Positions 9,301-18,023 of a DNA stretch of 64,000 nucleotides are shown here, piece by piece. A program made the translations under genes and the position numbers. The DNA is from a virus, in IMG/VR virus record IMGVR_UViG_3300007735_000783, positions 6,877 through 70,876 of that record. One strand, 5' to 3'. The stretch's first letter is position 1. Every line of letters begins with the position of its first letter. The notes under the pieces are model-generated. The model saw nothing but the letters and a program-made list of their open reading frames with translations, was not told the origin of the DNA and ran no database searches.

Positions 9301-10187
9301 ATGTTGTTTGTTCCAACATTACTTTGACTTCCGACAATAGTAAAGTTACCGTTAATCGTAACATCGCCATTAAGTTCAAGTTGGTCAAATGTTAGTCTTG
9401 GCGGAGCCATGAATTCCGCAGGAACTGATTTTGGGGTTCCTGAGTATACCTGTGTGGTATCACTCATATCCTTAAACATAAACAAGTCGTTGTTTGCAAC
9501 AGTAAACAAACCAGTAACTGTTGGTAGAGTTGCAGGATCAACAAACATCTTGTTGTAGTAAAGACCGCCTGTTAGAGTATGATCGGCACTTCCCCATGTC
9601 ATACCAGGACCATGCTTAAATGAAATTCCAACTATACCGTTATAGTTACAGTTGCTTCTTCCAGAGATCAATTCAATACCAGTCAATCCAGCAATTTCAT
9701 AGAGATTTACAGGATTGACTGCTTCGATTATTTGATTTGTTCGGTCATACCAAGTTTGGAATGTATCCGAAAGAACTAGTTTTTCAATCTTTATTAGGTC
9801 TGCACAACCGTATGCGGTTCCACCGGTTCCACCAAGAGGATCAACACAAGACGGACAGGTTGAAGTTGCACCCATAGGGCCTGTTGGGCCTGCAACATTT
9901 CCTGCATTAAATGTAACTCCAGAAGATAGAGTAAGGATAAGTCTTCCGCCGCTTACAACAGCATTGGTGATATTAACACCAGTAACGCCTGTTGCTCCAG
10001 GAGCACCTGTAGCACCTGTAGCACCTGTAATACCACGAGCACCAGTAGAACCAATCACACTACCAACATCAACATTATAAGTTAAACCGGCAGGATCGGT
10101 TAAATAGTCCTTGACCGTTAATATCAAGTGACCATTTGCATCTAGAGCAACACCGTAAATGCTAGTTCCTGTTACGCCGTCTGCCAT
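6312..10187 (-). CDS. Large tail fibre protein with collagen-like stretch and phage tail-collar domain
   Basis: G-X-Y run GARGITGATGATGAPGATGVTG; DTFQTWYDRTN fibre motif; VPVGTIVPYSG..WIVCNG..YPELYKVIG..LPDIRSRTVYGAG tail collar. Confidence 0.75.
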   Translation of the reverse strand: MADGVTGTSIYGVALDANGHLILTVKDYLTDPAGLTYNVDVGSVIGSTGARGITGATGATGAPGATGVTGVNITNAVVSGGRLILTLSSGVTFNAGNVAGPTGPMGATSTCPSCVDPLGGTGGTAYGCADLIKIEKLVLSDTFQTWYDRTNQIIEAVNPVNLYEIAGLTGIELISGRSNCNYNGIVGISFKHGPGMTWGSADHTLTGGLYYNKMFVDPATLPTVTGLFTVANNDLFMFKDMSDTTQVYSGTPKSVPAEFMAPPRLTFDQLELNGDVTINGNFTIVGSQSNVGTNNIVVESKNLNLAYQKSGLITITGPSASIKQLYQIGIVGASAFYDDVANSPGTTSSTIGVVKSITGPANGLTAQVSIGSIFSAGNPDDFQTAGIVRFVSVTGATFSVLSANGATTNFFNDNDLDGAGIIIKGLSGDKYFTWENCSKAWISDKNLGVDTSLGFITARNYRNVCLQGDGLNEFNFYGVSGQSGHVTLRLGHDQAGRWAWSYAHNLAGSPLLLKNDSTTSGSEYTLSTIYGLTTGPHGFTQSVGGTSNMFAKGFNADFLDGAGATTGTPYGNIGEPNEGNPGSTAYSIPISDNRGRINANWLEADSNRIRVYQTAHGLTNGNCIIREVGSVMGPTAAKYIVASPFSNELAEAVGIVVEVIDANQFVYVNSGLATIPVPPDIKPGISLLLAANGGLTTNYGDEPFYIEKTMFMPVAITGSVSDRKATGIVMSQPGFLVGGTSTDQIYAKGLVPVGTIVPYSGDLNLLSDSWIVCNGGVIRPGQYPELYKVIGLTGNSTDNQRYYADVKVTSTSSQNFNDEDGIVSGQNDSLVTMFIKGGTRGFSVSANPVLSQGDLIKLAIYSNVTKSIVTERDARVWSINGSYELAIALRNTAVQAGYTRDDFVTLLNSVKSDKDYSVRLYGRHRTDALSIWGTTILPDIRSRTVYGAGEGSNQYDNGAQMAVGDLVDSLGYSISGGYPSPLGGDTFGGVTGSAGVTGYKYAPGIVTNYIIRATPEVNALILSGHNHDDRYVRFDLTGQSLLHVGSGYTAQNRNNARYNIQALSRETGDVHTGVAGITFSSDGQYKFYSTSSASNATNLEIENPYGWSKIKMGGAGVSVIDMVSPFASTITGATSEYYDLRILNSNDVSIVTGVDLNLRLNVGGATGVLRNWGICITGGTGITGGMVGIRTNNPTMSLDVRGSGIKVGPSLYDGNTTNSAPAWNTVPTQGMFIGGMFNSTGLTTIGVGLSMSNSIFPENPNGIYTVDPGTGITILQGNRVDIQTGFTWKIL

Positions 10188-10191
10188 CTGG

Positions 10192-10416
10192 TTATCCTTC
10201 CTTTATCTGATTCAAAATCAGTTCTACCATTTTTCTCAATTCTTCCATATTTTCTTTGATAGTATTTATTTCCATTTTTAAAGTATTATCTTTTTCTTGT
10301 CGTTTTCGCTTTTTTGCTTCATATTCTTCTATTTCTATCTTGTTGGTGAAAATCAAAGCCCCATTTTGGGTGTCTCTATAGATAGGTTCGTTTTCCACCT
10401 TTATCTTTTCACTCAT
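10192..10416 (-). CDS. Small coiled-coil protein of the kind following VrlC-like genes in T4-like phages
   Basis: IKVENEPIYRDTQNGALIFTN motif plus C-terminal coiled coil; 4-nt overlap with the upstream gene. Confidence 0.6.
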   Translation of the reverse strand: MSEKIKVENEPIYRDTQNGALIFTNKIEIEEYEAKKRKRQEKDNTLKMEINTIKENMEELRKMVELILNQIKEG

Positions 10417-13400
10417 GTTGCTATTACTCTTAGAGATTTGATTGTTGGAACAACACTCTCTATACTAGAGTTAAACACAATCTTTATAGCAAATGTAGAG
10501 AACTTATCCTTGTCATCAACTGTGAGTGTATATTTGGCTTCTTGATATTCGCCCTCGGCTGTATTTGCGGTAGTTGAGGCGGTCATTTTTGTGTAGCCTC
10601 TACTTGAGAAGAATATAGAAGAATCGGTTTCATCGGGTAGAGTTCTTGCAAACACTTCTATTGAAGATGGGTATGGATTACTCATTGTGAGATACACATC
10701 CAATCGTGTTGCTGGATTTTCTAGATTTACCTTCTTTGTGATATATCTAGATTTAGAGCGAGCACTTCCATCCACTAGACGATTATCAGGAGTTTGTTCT
10801 CCGTTATCATTAGATGAACCAACCTTATTATTATTGATTTGATTTTCAACAAACACAACGCAAGCCCTATCCAAGTCTACAACAGGAGAGACATACTTGT
10901 TTGTGGTTGTCATGTAAGCATACACAGAGGTAAACTGTGTAGTTGGATCAAGTCCTGTAGAATCAGCAGAAATTGAATTTCTTCTAATTATATTCTTGCT
11001 TTCCAAAATTTTTGTAACACCAGCGTTTCCAAATATTCCCTCTTCCACCATATTGATACTTGTTCCAGGTGGATTCATGTTTGGTATATGGAATCTTACC
11101 ACAGAAGGATTTGTATCTTCTGTTCCATAATAATTGTTTGGAATATTTGTAATTCTCAATACTGGAGAATTTGCTGTATCAAAAACACAAACATTTACTG
11201 TAAACTTCAAGTCTTCATTTTCAATTTTTGTCAAAGTATTTTGACCTTGAGCAGCAAACAGGTTTCCTACATTTGGCTGACTTGTTGCAGTATATGAAGG
11301 ATCGCCTTCTGTTGCGCGATAAACCGTATCTCCCATTACTGCGGTGTGTATGGAGAAATCCTGACTGCTTGTTTTGAATGAGAATGAATATTCGTATCCT
11401 GGAGCCAAATAAATTGGTGAGGTGAATGGGAAGTTTGTTCCAGTTCCTGTTGCGTAAGTGGATGTTGTTATATCTCTAGAATAGAGTGTTGCAGTTCCTA
11501 GAGGCATAACTTTTGATGGGTGTGGATAACCATCCGACATTGGTTTCAGCATCAGGGTTATTGGCACACCAGAATTACTATCCTTTGTTGCAAACCATAC
11601 ATTAATACTCTTGATAAAGAATCCGTAAGGATATAGCGTAGGATCAACAAAGAACGATTGTGATAATGGACTAACTTTACTTCTTGTGGAAGCAGCAGAA
11701 CCAGTCTTCTTTGTAAATATTTCCGTTTCAATGTTGCTAGAATTTACACTTTCTCTGAAAGAAGATGTTTTTCTTGTACTTACAATATCATTTTCTTTAC
11801 TACCATACGATCCTTCTGCATAGAACAATTTTTCAGCACAAGTTGTGGTTTGTGATAAATCGTTTGTTGAACTGTCGGAAAGTCTAATCAATCTTGGGCC
11901 AATTTTCACATTTCCAGTTTCGTTCAATAGTATGGCATATTTTGTGCCAGACTTTCCTACACCACCATCTTCGTCAACAACAATATTGTTTGCAGAACTT
12001 ACAATACTGTAAGCCCCTGCTGTTGCTCCCTGAACCACTTCGTAGATTGATGATGGAGTTGTATTTCCATCAACAAAGGCGTAAACCTTAGTATATGGCT
12101 TAAGACCTTCGGCTTGAACTAGAACATAGATGTTTCTTGCGTAGTAATCCAAGTCCTTATTTACAAGATTGGTAGACTTTGATTGGGTTATTGATTCTGG
12201 AGTTTGAGAGGTCAAATTATTGATTGAAGATGATTTATCATAATTTGATTGTATTGACATGTCTCCAATACTCTTGTTTGAGAGTAATTGATTTGTTTCA
12301 TCCGAATTACTCTTACCAAACCAATTTGACTCCCAATCATTCCATTGAGTTCCGAATCCGTAATAATTGCCAGGACCACTTCCACCTTCTGCTCCTACAG
12401 TTCCTCTAACAGAATAGGACCAGTTATCATTTTCGCCAGAAATGTTTACTCTGACAGTTGGTGTTGCTGTATCCGAGAACCAGAAATCTGATTCTGGATA
12501 TAGTTTCATATTTCCCAAATAGTCAAATATTCCATATGGGTTTACTTTTCTACTGGTTGTTGCCAATGCCTGAACAACTCCTGGTGTTTCCGTGTACTGA
12601 ATTGTGTAAATTCTATCTGCGGTTATGCCTGGTGTTGGTTGAGCAGGCGTCACATACGATGACGATGGGAATCTGCTATCCACATCCATTCTATAGATTT
12701 TGCTTCGGAATGCTGGTCTCAAAATATTGTTTTGATAATCAACAGAAGCATTAAACATTCTATCTGTAACATCGGATATATTATGTCCTCGGAATGAATC
12801 AACCAAGATTCCCTTCTTAGGAACATCTATTCCGTTGTCGTCTTCTATTACAGTATTTTTTGCTTCTTGTTCTAATAGACTTAGAGATGTGTAGTACTCA
12901 ACAGCACCGATTCGCTTTTCAAGATTACCTATGTCTTCCATAGTGTATCTCTTATTATTTTGAACTCTAACCGCAACATCATTCTTGGAATAGGTGTATG
13001 CTGGATTGAAGAGGGTGTAAAGAGTCATGTTGTTTGGTTCATCTTTTGGTGTTGGAGCACTAACATCGGAAACTCCCTGAACCAATTTAAACTCTTTATT
13101 TCTTGTCAAAACAATTTTGTCTGTTCTTGGTAGATACCTACTCAAACTTATAAAATTGATGCTGTTGTTTGATGGTATAATATTTGGGTAGAATGTACCA
13201 TCACTCAATTTATCTGATCTAAAATCTACAACATCCGATAGTTTAATAGACTTACCTGTGTCTGAACTTGTGTATGTTGGAATTTGTTCTAAAGGTAATG
13301 AGTACGAATCTACCGTGAATGGTGCTGCTAAAACGCCTGATGTTGGTCTAGCAAAATATTGCATGGACACCGTTAGTGTTCCTGCTAGTTTTCCTGGAAT

Positions 13401-15515
13401 GTTTCCCGATGTATAGCCTGGAGCAACAACAATCTTCGACCAATCGTAATAATTATCTCGTTGACCTGTATCAAGAGTGAAGTAGTTGGTAATGTCCCCT
13501 GAGACTCCAGTAATAGAAGATACACTTACCACATCAACATAATTGTTTAGATACAGGAATTCTTTTCCTAATGATCCTAAACCTGAGGTTCCCACTTCAA
13601 ATTTAATTTCAGAACCACCTGTTACACTTATTGTTGTGCTGGTTAGAGTTTTTGGTCTATACAAATATGTACCACCTTGACCCTGCATTGATACTTCAAA
13701 GTTAACTATGCCAGAAACTCCCGTTGGTCCTGAAGAGATAAAAAGTTGTCCGTAAGAATCTACGGAATTTCCATAAGCATACGCATTAGTTACAGATTGA
13801 CCAGACAGGTTTATGACTGAAAAATTGCTTGCTGGTGAGTAAACTCCAGAAGGATAATTAAAGAATGCTTTGTTTGAATCGGAACCAAGGTTCAAATTGG
13901 ATATTGAAATTGTATTTGAGCCTGTAGCATCAAACTTAACTACCTTTGACATTCTTATCAAGTAGTTCACATCACTAATACTTTGTGTTCCATTTCCTGC
14001 GGTATGAGGAAACAGTAGCGTGTTTGTGTAGTCTAAAAGTTCAGCCCCGCCTGTTGGAGAGTAAACACTGAATAGTTGTTGTCCTGTCAATGATGCTGAT
14101 GTTAGTCCTGCAACAAATATGCTTCTAACATTTGAGAACACATTGGAACCAGTCATGGATATATCAAATAGGTCTATTCTCCATCGCTTTCCTACAGTTC
14201 CTCCAACATATTCAATTCCTCTAATGTTTGCATTTCCAATCTGTGAGAATGGTGCGCTGCCTGTAACAGAAGATAGGAAAATTTTAGGGCAACTTGCCAC
14301 ATCAAATGCCGATAGACCATTAGCAGCAAACCCATAAGGAGAAATTTCACCAAGAACATATGGGCCAACAACTGTTGAAAGTCTAGCGTCTTCGTAATAA
14401 CGAGTTGTTCTTGGCTTTGGCAAATCTAGTTTGGTGGTTCCCTGTGTTTCAAATTCATAGCCATAGATGTATGCTTTGCCTGCTCCAAGTTCAACAGACA
14501 AAGTGGCTCCTGTTGGACCGTATACAGAATCTGTGATGTTTATTGAAAATGGTTCTACAGTATAATTTCCAGACTCGTCATAAGTTCTTCTAGCCATAGT
14601 GTCCACTATGGAAACATAATCTGGATATTTTTCTTTCTTTACTACATTTCCTTCTACAATTCTAATAAATTCAATAAAGTTTTCTCTTGAGAAGTTTTCT
14701 GTAGATGAACTGTTTGTTGGGGCAAACTGATATTGTGCCAAATTCAAATCAATTTTATAGCGATCTGCACCTGGTGCAGAATAGTTGTAATAGCCGAATG
14801 CTGGATCTTTAAGGGTTTCTTCTTCTTCTGAACTTACAAATTGTCTGTCAACATTGAATCCGATTCTACTGTTTGCTAGATCGTATTGTCTTATTTGTGT
14901 TCCGGTTGTTCCGGTTAACGAATATGCTCCGATGGTTTGCTTATCGTTGGCAACAAAGAATCCATCAACATAACGAACACCTTCGCCAACGCTAACAACT
15001 ACAGCATTACCTAGAGCATTTCCTGTTATAGAGCCTGAGGTTATTCCAGACAGTTGCATTGAGATACTGCTGCCATCAGATGCTGTTCCGCCAACTGTTA
15101 GATTGGAAGAGAATGCAGTTCCGCCAGAAGTATATTCAAAGAAAATTACAGGAAAATTGTCTATGGTGCTTGCGGATAATCCCGACTCTGCGTGAACTAC
15201 TCTAGCGTTTGCATAACCATTTGCGGTCAACAAAGTTCCTATGGTATTTTGTATATCAAGGGTTCCTGTCAATCCTAAAATACGAGCATACTTAACTTTA
15301 TTTTCTACTACTTCACCACCCAATACAATTGATCCATCGTAAAATACATTGTCACCAAATCTTTGGATTTGATTATGAAGTATACTCTGTATCTGTGTTA
15401 GTTCTCTTGCTTGAACTGCGTATCCAGGTCTAAACAACATACGAATGAATTTCTTCGTTGAATCGTAATCGTCATAATAAGGATCTATGTTGAATATCGT
15501 TGGATCGTATGCCAT
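10413..15515 (-). CDS. VrlC-like / DUF4815 large baseplate-associated structural protein
   Basis: FNIDPYYDDYD..FRPGYAVQARELTQIQSILHNQI; NYSAPGADRYKI; ARRTYDESGNYTV; RYTMEDIGNLEKRI..EYYTSLSLLE; PLSQSFFV. Confidence 0.85.
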   Translation of the reverse strand: MAYDPTIFNIDPYYDDYDSTKKFIRMLFRPGYAVQARELTQIQSILHNQIQRFGDNVFYDGSIVLGGEVVENKVKYARILGLTGTLDIQNTIGTLLTANGYANARVVHAESGLSASTIDNFPVIFFEYTSGGTAFSSNLTVGGTASDGSSISMQLSGITSGSITGNALGNAVVVSVGEGVRYVDGFFVANDKQTIGAYSLTGTTGTQIRQYDLANSRIGFNVDRQFVSSEEEETLKDPAFGYYNYSAPGADRYKIDLNLAQYQFAPTNSSSTENFSRENFIEFIRIVEGNVVKKEKYPDYVSIVDTMARRTYDESGNYTVEPFSINITDSVYGPTGATLSVELGAGKAYIYGYEFETQGTTKLDLPKPRTTRYYEDARLSTVVGPYVLGEISPYGFAANGLSAFDVASCPKIFLSSVTGSAPFSQIGNANIRGIEYVGGTVGKRWRIDLFDISMTGSNVFSNVRSIFVAGLTSASLTGQQLFSVYSPTGGAELLDYTNTLLFPHTAGNGTQSISDVNYLIRMSKVVKFDATGSNTISISNLNLGSDSNKAFFNYPSGVYSPASNFSVINLSGQSVTNAYAYGNSVDSYGQLFISSGPTGVSGIVNFEVSMQGQGGTYLYRPKTLTSTTISVTGGSEIKFEVGTSGLGSLGKEFLYLNNYVDVVSVSSITGVSGDITNYFTLDTGQRDNYYDWSKIVVAPGYTSGNIPGKLAGTLTVSMQYFARPTSGVLAAPFTVDSYSLPLEQIPTYTSSDTGKSIKLSDVVDFRSDKLSDGTFYPNIIPSNNSINFISLSRYLPRTDKIVLTRNKEFKLVQGVSDVSAPTPKDEPNNMTLYTLFNPAYTYSKNDVAVRVQNNKRYTMEDIGNLEKRIGAVEYYTSLSLLEQEAKNTVIEDDNGIDVPKKGILVDSFRGHNISDVTDRMFNASVDYQNNILRPAFRSKIYRMDVDSRFPSSSYVTPAQPTPGITADRIYTIQYTETPGVVQALATTSRKVNPYGIFDYLGNMKLYPESDFWFSDTATPTVRVNISGENDNWSYSVRGTVGAEGGSGPGNYYGFGTQWNDWESNWFGKSNSDETNQLLSNKSIGDMSIQSNYDKSSSINNLTSQTPESITQSKSTNLVNKDLDYYARNIYVLVQAEGLKPYTKVYAFVDGNTTPSSIYEVVQGATAGAYSIVSSANNIVVDEDGGVGKSGTKYAILLNETGNVKIGPRLIRLSDSSTNDLSQTTTCAEKLFYAEGSYGSKENDIVSTRKTSSFRESVNSSNIETEIFTKKTGSAASTRSKVSPLSQSFFVDPTLYPYGFFIKSINVWFATKDSNSGVPITLMLKPMSDGYPHPSKVMPLGTATLYSRDITTSTYATGTGTNFPFTSPIYLAPGYEYSFSFKTSSQDFSIHTAVMGDTVYRATEGDPSYTATSQPNVGNLFAAQGQNTLTKIENEDLKFTVNVCVFDTANSPVLRITNIPNNYYGTEDTNPSVVRFHIPNMNPPGTSINMVEEGIFGNAGVTKILESKNIIRRNSISADSTGLDPTTQFTSVYAYMTTTNKYVSPVVDLDRACVVFVENQINNNKVGSSNDNGEQTPDNRLVDGSARSKSRYITKKVNLENPATRLDVYLTMSNPYPSSIEVFARTLPDETDSSIFFSSRGYTKMTASTTANTAEGEYQEAKYTLTVDDKDKFSTFAIKIVFNSSIESVVPTIKSLRVIAT

Positions 15516-15525
15516 TTGTTATCCT

Positions 15526-17985
15526 TTAGAATTGGAAAATAACCTTTATCTCTTCTTTTTGCTCAATGTTCCTAGTTATAGGTTGAACATTTTGTATGTA
15601 TATCAGTTCACCGGAACGATATTTTAACTCTTCTTCGTGGGGTACTCCCGTAACTATTGCGTTTGAAGTTACTCCATTAGAATCTTTAAATTGTATTCTT
15701 GTTCCTAAGAATGTTCCTTCAACTCCGTAGAGTCTTAAAGACCCTTGTGTTGATCCTGTTGCGGAAACCCAATCCACAACATATCCCTTTGCTTGTGAAG
15801 TTGATCCTGTTAATCCAAAAACCAATGAATTTGCTATAAAGCATGATTCGTTGAATGGATTACTTATAGTAGTTTTTACAGATACAGATGTGGTTTGATC
15901 GTATATTGATACAGAATCTCTAACAGTTTCACCAACATCCATAATTGTTGCTATGCCCGAAGCCCCGGATGCTCCGCGAATAGGAGTCATAAAGTAATCA
16001 CACTCAATAAGTCTTTCCAATCTTGTTGGTATTTTTGAAGGATCTTCTATGTACAAGGTTCCTAAAGAATCTACTCCTGCGGCAGTAACCCATCTATTAA
16101 TTTTGCCACCAAAGCGACTATTTGATATGTTGTTTAATTTATTACCAATACCGCTAACAAACAATCCTGGTCTAAAATCTGTTCCGTCAACACGGAATTC
16201 AACACCAGAAGAACCTCCCATAGCACCTGGCGCAGGACTTACTTGTAATCGTAAAACTTCTCTGCCTTCTGTTCCTGCAACAATTCGTTGACTTACATCA
16301 ACAACAGTGAAATCGCCGCTGTTTAAAAACCCTGTTGTAGAGGAAACAAAAGTATCACAATGAAATTTTCCACCTGTAACAGAATCTACAATCAATTCGG
16401 ATGTCCCGTAATATCCCGAAACTCCCTTACTCCAAGAAACTATTCGTCCTAAAGCCGTATCATATCCTGTAATTCCGTTTGCTCCTGTTGCAGCCTGCAA
16501 TAGAGTTGCACCAACAACAAAAGAACCAGTGCTTCCAGCCTCTTGAAACTTTAATCGGAATTGAGGATTTTGTAATTCTGGATTTTTTACTATTCCGAAT
16601 TGACGATATTTTGTTATTGCGGAAAGTTTTGTCTTTTCGTCTTGCGTGAAGTCTACAACAACCATGATTGTTGAAGCACCCAATTCTTTAACAGCATTAT
16701 TTCCATGACCATTCGGAGGAGAAATGATTATGTCTGCAACATCATTGATATCGCCAACATATCCGGAAATAAAGGTTAATCCTTTTGTTGCTGAAAAATC
16801 TGCTTTTGTATAGTTTATTCCTGTATCAACCAACTCAAAAGAATCAACATAAGATTGATTATAGATGTTTTGCGATAAGCAAGTATCAATATTAGTTGTT
16901 ATGCCTTCACCAAATTTTACAGTCATATCTGCTCGTCCAAAATTATTCAGATATGTGTCTTTTGCTAGACCGTCTCCGACTATTTGCAAATTTGGTTGGA
17001 TAGAAAATTTACTATCGTTTGCTGATAATCCCACAGTTAGTGGAGAATCAATAGTAATAGTTCCATAATTTCCTGTTGTGGAGTATGAGTATGATTTTAT
17101 TTCTCGTCTTTGACCTTCGCCCTGACCAGAATCAACAGAGAATATCAAATTGTTATAAAAATTGTTTGCTCCAATTAAGTATGGACTGTATATGCTTATG
17201 GAACCTGTATAACCATTTCCATAATCCTGTTGAACAGAATTGTTTACATCAGGTTTTACACAATTTATTATAGACAAATATGGTTTATATTTTTCTTTCA
17301 ATTGAACGAAAGAAACTTCTCCAGGCACTGCTGCCTGTTGAACATTCCATTGAAGTGTTCTTTCTTCATCTGTAACTTTAAGATAATTTACATATTCAAT
17401 AGGCATGTAGCCTTGAGTTATTATTCTTTGTGTTGCTGATGATCCTACACTTTCGTCGTATACAGTTTTTGTTAAAAACTTACGCTTACTTTCGGGAATC
17501 ATATACATGAATTTCCAACGATATCCATCCGACAGTTTTCTAATCTCTGGATCGGTGTGTGTTGGAGCAACTCTAGATGCTGTGTTATAGTAGTTGTCTA
17601 TGCACTTGTATACGCGAGTTTCGTCTACCAAAACATAAAATTTTGATGGATTAGCGTCATTAAATAAATCCAATTGGCTATTATATGGTTCATAAACCGA
17701 ACCCATCTTCCAATCGTATCTTGGGATAACCAAGGAAATGTTATCTTGGGTTATTCTTTTTGCTGCAAGTATATCCTGCCAAAAACTAGTTTCGGCAAAA
17801 TCGGTATCCATAGATTCTGGAATTGTTAGTATTCCACCACCCGTTATTGCAGATTCGGTTTCCCAAGGTGCAACTCGTCCCATAGTCAGGAAATAGTTGT
17901 TTGTTGATGATATATTCATATCCGCCAACAACATTTCTGCCATGTGTCGTCTATAATTTTGTCTAATTGGTGAACATGATGCCAT
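15526..17985 (-). CDS. gp8: Baseplate wedge subunit gp8-like
   Basis: IPRYDW..YEPY; FYVL..RVYKCIDN; DGYRWKFMY; ISPPNGHGNNAVKELGA; C-terminal SGELIYIQN..ITR..EQKEEIKVIFQF. Confidence 0.85.
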   Translation of the reverse strand: MASCSPIRQNYRRHMAEMLLADMNISSTNNYFLTMGRVAPWETESAITGGGILTIPESMDTDFAETSFWQDILAAKRITQDNISLVIPRYDWKMGSVYEPYNSQLDLFNDANPSKFYVLVDETRVYKCIDNYYNTASRVAPTHTDPEIRKLSDGYRWKFMYMIPESKRKFLTKTVYDESVGSSATQRIITQGYMPIEYVNYLKVTDEERTLQWNVQQAAVPGEVSFVQLKEKYKPYLSIINCVKPDVNNSVQQDYGNGYTGSISIYSPYLIGANNFYNNLIFSVDSGQGEGQRREIKSYSYSTTGNYGTITIDSPLTVGLSANDSKFSIQPNLQIVGDGLAKDTYLNNFGRADMTVKFGEGITTNIDTCLSQNIYNQSYVDSFELVDTGINYTKADFSATKGLTFISGYVGDINDVADIIISPPNGHGNNAVKELGASTIMVVVDFTQDEKTKLSAITKYRQFGIVKNPELQNPQFRLKFQEAGSTGSFVVGATLLQAATGANGITGYDTALGRIVSWSKGVSGYYGTSELIVDSVTGGKFHCDTFVSSTTGFLNSGDFTVVDVSQRIVAGTEGREVLRLQVSPAPGAMGGSSGVEFRVDGTDFRPGLFVSGIGNKLNNISNSRFGGKINRWVTAAGVDSLGTLYIEDPSKIPTRLERLIECDYFMTPIRGASGASGIATIMDVGETVRDSVSIYDQTTSVSVKTTISNPFNESCFIANSLVFGLTGSTSQAKGYVVDWVSATGSTQGSLRLYGVEGTFLGTRIQFKDSNGVTSNAIVTGVPHEEELKYRSGELIYIQNVQPITRNIEQKEEIKVIFQF

Positions 17986-18023
17986 ATGTTATTATCTATA
18001 ATGAATTTTAATGGTGGATTTTC